Made by a program: the position numbers and the translations under genes. Below the pieces are notes generated by a model. It was not told the origin of the DNA and searched no databases. It saw only the letters and a list, made by a program, of their open reading frames with translations. Of a stretch of DNA of 64,000 nucleotides, positions 42,908 to 53,320 are shown piece after piece; within the stretch, counting starts at the first letter, position 1, and every line of letters begins with the position of its first letter. This DNA is from Cyanophora paradoxa CCMP329 (Eukaryota; Plantae; Glaucophyta): NCBI GenBank assembly GCA_004431415.1, contig QPMI01000559.1, forward strand, positions 72,961 to 136,960, given 5' to 3'.

Positions 42908-43419
42908 TACAGTATCACAGTATCACAGTATGCCGGCCAGGGCTCTAGTCCCTCCAGCCCTGCCGCAAAGCCCCCTTGGTCGCCACAGCAGAGTCACCGT
43001 AGACGCACACGTCTTTCATATGTTCAGGCTCCGGGCCCAGAGATTCCTGATGTAGATACGAAAATTCCTGATGGCAGCCAAAGTGGTAATCGTAATTCCC
43101 TCACGGCCTTGCTGGCCATGGATCGTAATCGCAATTCACAGTATGCCAGGGATCGTAATTCACAGTATGCCAGTGGCAATATTAATCGTAATTGCCCCAC
43201 CCCCCCCCCCCCCCACCCCCGCGCCCCCCCTCTGGCTTGAATTGGTTCGCAACGCGCGCAAGTGCACGGAGCTCGAGGCATCCACGCATTTAATTTTGCA
43301 CTTTGTGTTAACAAAGGTTTCTTTTGGCCGGGCAACTTCTTTGGGTGTTTACGATTACGATCAAGCCTTACGAGTTACGATTACGATCAGCCAGACGAGA
43401 AAGCCGAAGCCTGCACCAG

Positions 43420-43449
43420 GGACCTGCGTTTTAGTACGTGTCCAAATGC
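43420..43449 (-). mobile_element. Left end terminus copy
   Basis: Reverse complement reads GCATTTGGACACGTACTAAAACGCAGGTCC. Confidence 0.75.
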
Positions 43450-43864
43450 GAAGAATTAGCTGCCTAATATCACGAAGGAATCATTTTTGAAAGCGCTCCC
43501 CTCCCCCCCCAGGCCCGCCCCCCCCTGGCTTGAATTGGGTTCAACGGTTGCAACGCAAGTGCATGAAGGCATCCATGGGCGTTCGTCCATGCCCCCCTGA
43601 CTCCAGCTTTAAATTAGGCATGCGCCCCGCCCAGCCCACCGATCTTGCACACGGCCAGCTAGTCTTGTAGCCTAGCTAGCGCTATATATTGTAGGCCCTG
43701 TACTACGGTATAAGTAATTGTCTATCGTAATCGTAATTTACCTCCGGCCCGGCTCACCGCCTACCCGCCTACTAGGGCTAGCCCCCTGATAGTAATCGTA
43801 ATTTTCCAGTTGACCAGGCCAGGGCTCCCCTCGCCTATAGCCCATCGTAATCGTAATGGGCGCG

Positions 43865-44104
43865 GCAATCGCAATCGTAATCGTACTGATCGCACAGACC
43901 TCTTGCAGGGGCATCCTGATCCGCTACGGCACGGGCGTGGACGCGAAGCGCCTGCTCAGCTCGTAGCTAGGCTCGGCTCCCATCCCCTTTTCCATCAGGG
44001 CACCAGTCCCTGCGGGTTACGCTCTCACCCCGAACAGCACGGGTATAGTTAAAGCGTTGACGGTCTAGTGAGTGGTCCGGCGCGCCCGTAGCTTAGAAAG
44101 AGCA
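43865..44104 (+). mobile_element. Fanzor right end copy including the last exon (variant subfamily)
   Basis: Matches ~53069-53298; encodes GILIRYGTGVDAKRLLSS*. Confidence 0.88.
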
Positions 44105-44210
44105 TCCACGTGTGCTTCAATCTCTCCATATTATTCGGACGCGCAACAAATCTTAGCGAATCCGCTTGTTCGGACGCGCTGTTTCCTTCCCACTTGGAAA
44201 GCGGCCAATC

Positions 44211-46087
44211 TCAAGGCCGAGAGACTGCGCTGCAGCTGCCGATGACGTAGATGGCGTGCGGTTCGGAGCAGGGCCGCTGCAACGTTACCGAATCAGATCG
44301 AGGGTGCAACAGTATTTCGCCGCGAGAGCACCTGACGACACTCGAGACTATGACAGTGATGTCGTCCATCTTACCGCCAAAGAAGCGGTAACCACACTGG
44401 CGAGCCTTCACAGCAAAGGGGCTCTGACGAATGGAGCTTTTCGCGAGCTCATGGGCCTGCAGATGTATAAGCACATGGCCAAAAAATAAACCGGAGCACT
44501 TGACGGCTTTGCACCTTTTCTGCAAGCTTAGAGGCCAGCTCAGTTGCATATGCTGTACCTGCCCGCTTTCCATCTGCTGCATTGCTCGCTCTGAAGCAGA
44601 AAGCGCGGACATCGTGCAGAGCAGACCGATGGGCTCTTGGATCTCACAGATGCTGATAATTTCGTGGTCGTAAACATTGTCCCAGAGCCCATCCGTTCCA
44701 GTCACAATCAAATCGCCCTCCTGGAACTTCGTGTCAAGAGAGCGTCAGCGAAGGAAATGCAACATTTGCGCACCTGGACTTGAACAAAAACGCGATCGCT
44801 GTGCTCTGGCGTATCCTGCTCGCAGAGTCAATACATCAGCGAATTTGCTCGTCGCGAGTATTGGCTGACTGTGGACTCGGTCCCAAGCTGGTAGGGACAG
44901 TTGAAGTAATGTTGCTGTTCAGGGGACCGGTACACAATGTCACTCCCACGGAGCTGCAGCGCGCAAAGAATGGGACCCTCGCAGGTGGACGCGAAGAAAA
45001 ACACAAGGACATACGACCATGATTCCCGAATCGCCCAGGTTAGCGCCGTGCAGCACGTGCTGATCGCCATCGAGAATCGCGACACAACACGTGCTGGAGC
45101 CTGGGGCCTCAACCTGGCGCCCTCTCTTAGAAGAGGTGATTCGATTCTGCTCGGAACGACTCACCTTGGACAGAGCGTAATGCATCGCCATAATTGGGTC
45201 GCGGACACCCAGCTTGACAATGGCCTCCTCACACCCCTGCATGAGTTGCCTGCATGCTCATCAGAACGCACTCGCGTTCGGCCATGGGTGTCGCGGCGAA
45301 CCGAGAGAAGAGACCGGGATCAATGCCCTGAGTCGCCCAACCTCCGACACCATCCGCAACACCAACCGCGCTGGTGTCATCACAGATAAAGAAAGCATCC
45401 TCGCCGCCTCTGTACGCCTTCTCCGGATGCGGGATCATACTTGCGCCTGGATCAAGCCGTGAGCAAAGAAAAGCTCCGTGTTGCTAGAAACAAATGGGCC
45501 GACCAGAGAGGATGCGAAGGGGGCTCTTCGCCGACTGCTGCTTCCCGGAGTCAGCCTTCGAGCTTGGAACAGCGGAGTCCTCCGCCGTTGCTGAATCCTG
45601 CGAATGCAAGCTAAATGATACAAGTACGGCTGAAGTGGAAGTGGCCCCACCTTCGCGTTGATCGGACCCGAGAACAGCGCGCCCGCGCCGGGGATGCTGG
45701 ACCGACACCGCTTGGAGAGCGCGTCCAACGCTTCCCGCAGGCTGTTCGGAAGCGCCGGACCCCAGAGGGGGACATGGAGCTTGCGGGCTGAATGCCAGAC
45801 GCCGCTTTCAGCAACACCGTGGATCGGCCGAACGAGGGGGGACTGGACGCTGTGCAGGAAGCTTCGCGCGTGCGAAGGCTCGAGCCAGGAGGCCGGATAC
45901 AAGCCCTGCGACGGCCGGGACGGGCGCCAGACACGTGCGGATGCCGAGGCCCTGCGACGCGCGCGCCATCTGGAACGGCCAGAGGCGCGACGGGCGGCGC
46001 ACGTGCGCACCTGACAGGAGCATCGTGGCGGAGGGGGACCGATCCCGCGTCGGGAACCCGGCAGTGCTGGAGGCCGACGACGAACAT
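44211..46087 (-). CDS. PTC7-type protein phosphatase 2C with N-terminal targeting extension, multi-exon
   Basis: IPHPEKAYRGGEDAFF, GVADGVGGW, GSSTCC, ANLGDSG, QQHYFNCPYQLG, TDGLWDNVY, GGKMDDITV. Confidence 0.93.
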
Positions 46088-47199
46088 AGTGGTGGTCGGG
46101 AACGGTATACGGTGTCCGAGCGTACGGACTAAGACCGCCGCACCAACCGTGCGCTGAGCCACCTTGAGCTCGGGCCTTGGGCACTTGAAGTCGGAAGTCT
46201 CGGGGCAGGGTACAGAGTACTTCAGTTGTCCTTTACCGGCCCGATTTCGATGCTGACGTCGACCAAGACCGATTACGATCGATTCGATCATGATTACAAT
46301 TTTATTAGGACGTCCTAGCTTGATGTCATTGCATTTGATGCATATGATCACGTGCACTGCAGCTGCGCATGCAGCTGCCAGGCTGCAGCGCTAGCTGTGA
46401 GTCAACCTGTGAGTCAGTGACTCTAGACCCCGGTCGGCAGAGCTCGCGATCGCGATCGAGGCTCGACCCAGGCCCCCGGCGCCCCCTAGCTATAGCTTGC
46501 AATTGGCTTTCACCCCTCTCTCGCTCGCCTGGCTGCCCAGCTGCAGCTCTGCGGCCCGTACGCGTCCCCCCCGGCTCAGCCCTCTGCCCAACAGCCCCCC
46601 GTCAGCACTCTCGCGGTCTAGCGTCGACGTCCGCCCCGAAATCGTCCAAAATCGTTTCTATACCGGCATCAACTGGAGCCCACTCGCCGAGGAGTACCTG
46701 CGCATGCGGCGCAACCGTGCAGCAGCAACCGTGCAGCAGTTCTGTGTTGATGGCTGGCCCGAAGGCGCCCTCGGGAGGCCGCGGTGGTGGACGCGGCGGC
46801 TCCGGAGGGGGCCGCGGCGCCTCTGGAGGCAGTCGCGGCAGCTCTAGCGGTGGCTACGGTGGCGGACGTGGCGGTGGTGGTGGCGGCGGCCGTGGCGGTG
46901 CCCCGACGCAGCCCCAGGGCGTCCCCTTCCAGGCCACGACCTGCGCCTCACGCCCGCCGGGGACGATGGGCATCTCCTACGCGGCCGCCGGGCCTGCGCA
47001 TGCCCCCCGCCGCCCTCCGCTCCCCTTGACGACGAGCCCATGCCCGACGCCCCGACCGCGCCGTCGCCCCGTCATACATTAAGAAATACTGCACAATTGA
47101 CACGTGCACTGTGACAGGGCGCTCGCATGCGCAAGCCTCCGCGCGCGCGAAACAAACGCACCAGTGGCAAGGTTGGGAAAGAAAATGTGGTGCACTTAC

Positions 47200-50100
47200 C
47201 ACAGCTCGCGAAAAAAAGTCGGTCCCCACAACTCGGTTTGTATGACAGGGGGGGGAGCAAGTCGACTTGGAAAATCCCTACGCCGGTCAATTAAATCTTT
47301 TCATATATATGGCATATATATGCATTCTTATAGAGCTTATTTCTTTCTATCAGTAGTTTTAACGAGATCGAGGAGAGATTCCGGTCGGCGGTCGCTGGCA
47401 GATCTAGAGAGAAGTTCAACAAACAGCACGCCTCTTGACAGTGTTGACACCAGCGCCCACATCAGCATTGCGTAGGCCCGAGGATCGAAGACAGCCAGGC
47501 AGTATAGTTTGGATGCGTCCGGGCGTACTGTGGCCTAGCGCGCCTTCGTTCTGCCGCAGCAGCGGCCGACGCACGACGCCCGCGCGCAGCGAGCACGACG
47601 CACTCATGATCCGCTACGGCTCGTGGTGCGCTCGTTGCCCCCGTTGCCCGGGCCCGTTGCCCCTGTCGCTGACAAACACGCAGGCTGACACTCCCGTAGT
47701 AGCCACTGCATGTACCTGTAGTAGCTACTGTACCTGTAGTAGCCACCATGCGGCTCTGCGGTCCGCGCGTCCGAGCCGGGGCCGACCGTCGGCCGCGGAC
47801 GCGTGGCGGCGTGTCTCGGTGCTCGAGCAGGGCGCGACAGACGCGGGCGACGACGGGGCGACGCGGGCGACGCGGGGCGGCGGGGCGGGCCCCGGCGGGC
47901 GGCGGAGGCCAGGCCGACGCGCGGCGGGTCTCGGTGCGCGAGCAGGGGCCGCGGGCGGCGCCGAGGGGCTGCCGACGACGGGGCGCAGGCCTGCGGCTTC
48001 GGGGGCGGCGGGGCGGGCCCTGGCGGGCGGCGTAGGCCAGGCCGACGCGCGGCGGCGGGTCTCGGTGCGCGAGCAGGGGCCGCGGGCGGCGCCGAGGGGC
48101 TGCCGACGACGGGGCGCAGGCCTGCGGCTTCGGGGGCGGCGGGGCGGGCCCCGGCGGGCGGCGTAGGCCAGGCCGACGCGCGGCGGCGGGTCTCGGTGCG
48201 CGAGCAGGGGCCGCGGGCGGCGCCGGGGCGCTGCGGACGACGGGGCGTAGGCCTGCGGCTTCGGGGGCGGCGGGGCGGGCCCTGGCGGGCGGCGTAGGCC
48301 AGGCCGACGCGCGGCGGCGGGTCTCGGTGCGCGAGCAGGGGCCGCGGGCGGCGCCGAGGGGCTGCCGACGACGGGGCGCAGGCCTGCGGCTTCGGGGGCG
48401 GCGGGGCGGGCCCTGGCGGGCGGCGTAGGCCAGGCCGACGCGCGGCGGCGGGTCTCGGTGCGCGAGCAGGGGCCGCGGGCGGCGCCGGGGCGCATTCTTC
48501 TCAGGGCCTCTCCGTCCCGCCTGCTCTCCTGCTCTCCGTCCCTCTCCGAAACCCGCCGGCGCCCCGCCTGCGCCGTCTGGGTCGGCGAGCGCTTTGTTAA
48601 GCATGTACGAAGCTGTAAATGCATCTAGATGATGTATATCTCGCGTCCCAGGCGCTAGATGCGACCGGGCGGGCGAGAATCGTCCTGGGGCCAGATGGGG
48701 CCGCAGATTGCAGCGGATCTTGAATGCAGGTCCAGGCTTTAATCGGCGGTCTTCGGTACCACCACCACCGTCTTCAGCACCCTCGAAAACCCCCGGGGGC
48801 GTGAAATCGCCACTACTGAGTGAGTCGATGCTTCCGAAGTTCAATAAGGCATCATGAGCAGGTCAGGGTGGCATCTTGAAACTTGAAAACTGAAAAGTTC
48901 CAGAGAGAGTCCTACGCCGTGACGAGTGAAGTTCAAAACATCGGTCCGGCCCAAAAACACTTCGGATCACCCTGGATCTTGGTGTGGTGACATTTATACA
49001 TGTGATAATGATTCTGGCTTGAAGAGCGGCCAGCTGAGGCCAGCCAGTCGCCCAGGAACTCACTAGCTCACTGACTGTGAGCAGGCGATCTCCGCTGAGG
49101 ATGCACCGACGGGGGCCGCGATGCATCAGCACACGCTCTATCAAGGCTCGCATCGATTTGCGTTAGCGGTGGCCAAGCGAACCCCCGCGGCCGGGAGCGA
49201 AATTAGATCGCAAAGGCCCCCCCCCCTCATGATCATGATCAAGCCTTCTGGAGGAGAAGGCGATTCCCGGTTCCCGCTGCAGATGCACGCGCCGGAGCCG
49301 CGCTCCACCCGCACATGCTCTTTCGAGATGTGCATCGATCTGCGTTAACGGTGGTCCAGCGACTCGGCGAACCCTCGCGGTCTAGAGCGAAATTAGATCG
49401 CGCAGGTGCCCCCACCCCAAGCCTTCTGAAGGAGCAGGCGATCTTCGCTGTGGATGCACCCCCGGGGACCGCGCTTCAACTGCACATGCTCTTTTGAGGT
49501 GTGCATCGATCTGCGTTAGCGGCGGCCCGGCGGCCCTCGCAGTAAGCAGCGAAATCAAATCTCCCAGGTGCCACCCGGCCCACCCACTGGACTCAGTGGA
49601 GCAGGTGCCTCTGGCCATGGCGGCGGGGGTGCGTGCCGCCGCCCGTACGCGAGCTCTGCGCGTGCTCTAGATGTGCCTCATGGCCCTAGACGTCTCAACC
49701 CGCATCGCCCCGCCGTTGCAGCCATGCCATCTGGAACCGCGGCCGCCTGCGTCTGCACACGAGGCCCGGGGCCGGGGCCGGGGCCTGCGGCGGCGAGGAC
49801 GCGGCGGAGGAGGCGGAAGAGGGCGGCGCGGCGGAGGGGGCGGGGCGCGACGGGCCGGCCCAGGGGGCCCGGGGCCGGGGCGGCGGAGCGGGGCCCGCTG
49901 GAGCCGAGGAGGACGGCCGGCGGGGCCGCCGGGAGCGCCGCCAGGTCCCCCGCCTGGCCCTGCGCCGCCGCGGGCTCGAGGGGGGGTATACCCCGAGCAC
50001 GGGCGGGTACGACAAACAGCGGTTCGCGCCCGAAGGATCCGACACAGCCAGCCGGCACCGTCGCCGTGAGGCTGGCATGCCGCTTAAGCTTGATTGCACA

Positions 50101-50925
50101 CGAGCGCGCGTCTGCCTGGGCGCGGTGGGACACGAAGCGGGTCTGAGCGAAAGAAGCATGCCTCTGCGGCGTGCGTCCCGGTGCCTGCGGCAGGCGCCGG
50201 CGGATCCGATCAGGCCTAGGGCGCCGGCGCCGGCGCGGAGTGTGCGAACGCGGAGCTCGTGGGCGCGGCAGCGTGGCGCTTCGCCACGCACCTATTCGTG
50301 ATGTATAGCTTGGCGCCATCCTGCGCCATCTTGGCGAACCGGCTCTCGTCGGGCCGCGGGCTGCGGCTAGCGCTGTACATGTAGTCAGCGCGCGCGGGTC
50401 GGGGGCGAGCCCAGATGCGAGAAAGATCACACCTGGCGCACTGTAAGCTTGCTCTGAGACGAACTGGAGCTACTGGAGGTCGCCCGCGCTCGAGCCCGGA
50501 ACCTTCTCAGATGGGGGGCCCTGCACAAACGCGACGGCCATTTCGCGCAGCTGACGGAGCGAGGGCTGCCATCAAACACAGAGCTAGAGTGCTTGACTAT
50601 CTAAACTTTGTCTGAAGCACTTTGAAAATCGTCGGGCTAGTTTTCGCGCACGCTTTCCTTGAAGGCGATCGAGTTTGACCAGACTCTTGGTTTTCGTCGC
50701 GGCGGTGCCCGAAGGCGGCCGTTCCTGCTCCATATGCGACCTGGAGGCTAGCTGTGACGCTCTCTGCTGCGTGCGGAAGCTGCGGTGCGTGCTGGTCGCG
50801 CGCTTCGCCGAGTCGCGTACGTCTACCCCGGGTGTTTTAACTTTTGTAGGGGAGAATTATTCGAGTCCCAAGTCGAGTCCCAGCCAAGTCGAATTGCGGG
50901 GACCGACTTTTTTTCGCGAGCTGTG
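47200..50925. mobile_element. Non-autonomous TIR DNA transposon, CACTA/EnSpm (CMC)-like, CACAG...CTGTG, 3-bp TSD
   Basis: 28-bp perfect TIR CACAGCTCGCGAAAAAAAGTCGGTCCCC; TAC at 47197-47199 and 50926-50928; empty-site copy at 55273-55363. Confidence 0.9.
47800..48490. repeat. GC-rich ~123-bp tandem minisatellite inside the TIR element
   Basis: Repeating GGGTCTCGGTGCGCGAGCAGGGGCCGCGGGCGGCGCC units. Confidence 0.9.
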
Positions 50926-51229
50926 TACATTGGGGGTGTGACCCAGCGGAAGCCTGAAGCGGGAATGAATTGAGCAAGGACGTTTTTCTGCGAAGTTTTT
51001 GTTCCTGTTTTAATTCTTATATATCTTTTGTTTTCGTGTTTTTTTAAATGCGGAACTTTTTGCGAACTTTTTGTTTCGTGTTTTTTTAAATGCGGCCCGG
51101 GCCGGCCGCGCGCGCGCGCGCGGCCGGGCCGCCGGGCCGGGCGGCGGGCCCACGGCCGGCGCCCGCCGGGCCGCGCCGCGCGCGGCGGGGCATGCATGCG
51201 CATGCCCGCATACGTCCTACCGACGCTAC

Positions 51230-51482
51230 CGTGTAAGACTTAAATACCGCGTCACAAATTAGCGCGTTTCAAAAATTTGGGCCCCGATTTGCGCTTAATT
51301 TACCGCGCTACCAAATATTACCGCGTTCCATGCATCGTCTTCCGAAGTTCGAAAATGTATTATTTGTTAGCAAAGGGGGTAATACATATACTGCGCTACC
51401 AAATTACTGCGTTCTAAAACTTTTGAGCGCGGTAATTTGTCAGCGCGGTAGTTAAGTCAGCGCGGTATATAAGTCTTACACG
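51230..51482. mobile_element. ~253-bp MITE
   Basis: TIR CGTGTAAGACTTA(A/T)ATACCGCG (22 bp, one mismatch); internal TACCGCG repeats; AT-rich core. Confidence 0.8.
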
Positions 51483-51999
51483 CCGGTGCGTGCGCATGCA
51501 TATGCCATGATGTGCGCATGCATGCGCATGAGCAGCTGCGCATGCACTGCGCATGCAGATATCGATCTATCTGTACGTATGGCGATATCGATCGCGATCA
51601 GCTGCAGGCAGCCTGGCAGCACTGCATGCACATGTGGCACACTGTGACATGTACGTACATACGTATATGCACGCGTGCAATTAATAAATATTGCAAGTGC
51701 ACGTATGCATACACGCGTGTTAGGGACCTAGGCCTAGGTGCGCATACTACCCAGAAAGTTAATTGCACCACTCGGTTGGGATTTGTGTGTTGTAGCATGG
51801 CGGGGCGAGGGGGGCAGCGCGCTACGTATACGCGACAGCTGGCATGGCATGTGAGAGGCAGCATGTTGGAACATGGGGGCAAGGAGCATCAGCACCTCCG
51901 GTCCAGCCCTTTTCAACCTTTACATTTCCGTGGGAAGGATCGGACCTGCCACAACGACCTCTCGCCGCCGTCGGGGCGGATCTGCCTCCTACGTCATTC

Positions 52000-53298
52000 G
52001 CATTTGGACACGTACTGAAACGCAGGTCCGGGCTACAAGTGTGGGAATGAGCCGTAACGCACATGAGCCGTCTATGTAGTAATCACAGATCAAAGCTAAG
52101 ACGTCCTAATTATGATCGTAATCGCAGATCAAGGACGCCCTAATCGTAATCGCAGATCAAAGCTAAGACGTCGACGTCCTTATTATGATCGTAATTGCAG
52201 ATCAAAGCTAAGACGTCGACGTCTTCGCAACACCAGCATGTCGCTGGCCAACAGAATTCGCAACACCAGCTGGAATGCCATGCACAAGTTGGCCAAGGTA
52301 TGCGTAAGCTATCATTGGGTTGTTATCGTGTGGGGGAATCGACCTTGGTAGCTGCTTCTTCGAAACAAGCCGTTGAAAGATGCCGCGCAACAATGTACTC
52401 AACCCCACCAGGAACTTGCACAAGGGCTTCCAGGAGGGCAGCTTCTTCCTTCCGAGAAGTTCCTGTGCCAAGGAAGGAGCAATGCCATGGCAGGGGTTTG
52501 AGCAGAAAAACATTTAAGCAGGTCTTCCAACGTGTTGGCATCATCACTTGCTCGTCTCACAGCTGAAAACGCTGCTGGAACCTGTAAATCTCGAAGTGAG
52601 AAGGCTTCAGGTATTCTTGAAGGGAAAAAAACGGACCGTGGGTGGCGCGTCAGGCTCTCGACTGCCGCCACTACGAGTACGCTGGTCTTGCGTTTCGACC
52701 CCCTCTGCCACACGGTCTTGATGCTTATTTTGCGCAGGTTCCGGCAGCTCCTGCAGCACGCCGTCCGGCGGCACCCCAAGGACGAGGACCCGCCGTGCAC
52801 GCTCCAGCTCGTCTGCGAGGCCTGGACCTCGAAGACGTGCGGGGTGTGCGGCAAGATCAACTACGGGCTCGGCTCGAAGAGGGTCTTCGAGTGCCGCCCC
52901 GGGTGCGGCTTCCGGGCGGACCGCGACGGCAGCGCCGCGCGGTGCGTGTTGTGTCTATACACGCCTATACACAATCGCTGCCCCCCCCCCCGCCTAGTCC
53001 CGACACGGCCTAGCCACGGCGTAATTTTCCGTCTAGGGCCGGCTCGCCCTCCCAGCGCCGCCCGATTCGCAATCGTAATCGTACTGATCGCACAGACCTC
53101 TCGCAGGGGCATCCTGATCCGCTACGGCACGGGCGTGGACGCGAAGCGCCTGCTCAGCTCGTAGCTAGGCTCGGCTCCCATCCCCTTTTTTCCATCAGGG
53201 CACCAGTCCCTGCGGGTTACGCTCTCACCCAAACAGCACGGGTACAGTTAAAGCGCTGTAGGTAGGAGGTCCGGCGCGCCCGTAGCTTAGAAAGAGCA
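52000..53298 (+). mobile_element. Internally deleted Fanzor2/IS607-like element with left end, subterminal repeats, nuclease remnant and right end
   Basis: GCA-TTTGGACACGTACTGAAACGC at 52000; GATCGTAATCGCAGATCAA repeats at ~52080-52215; RuvC/zinc-finger exons; terminus AGAAAGAGCA at 53298. Confidence 0.8.
52211..53164 (+). pseudogene. Fanzor (eukaryotic TnpB homologue) C-terminal remnant with spliceosomal introns
   Basis: RRRRLRNTSMSLANRIRNTSWNAMHKLAK; spliced (introns 52677-52737 and 52942-53106) VARQALDCRHYEFRQLL...VCEAWTSKTCGVCG...LGSKRVFECRPGCGFRADRDGSAARGILIRY...*; RuvC-I and the N-terminus are absent. Confidence 0.9.
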
Positions 53299-53320
53299 CA
53301 CATAGAGTTCTTACCGCTTA
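53165..53320 (+). ncRNA. Putative omegaRNA scaffold plus guide
   Basis: Conserved multi-copy segment between the Fanzor stop codon and the element end; stems CAGGG/CCCTG, GGGT/ACCC, ACGGG/CCCGT, TACAG/CTGTA; loop GCTCT complementary to terminal AGAGC. Confidence 0.7.

Noticed and set aside
47435-48844. 460-aa and overlapping ORFs as a transposase of the TIR element
   Set aside because: Mostly minisatellite translation; no DDE or Transposase_21-like motifs seen.
52532-53164. The 210-aa ORF as a complete active nuclease
   Set aside because: It reads through introns, has a spurious N-terminus and lacks RuvC-I, WED and REC regions.
53299-53320. Self-targeting of the guide at 53610 and 54453
   Set aside because: Only the distal part matches; the seed and the GCA motif are absent at those sites.
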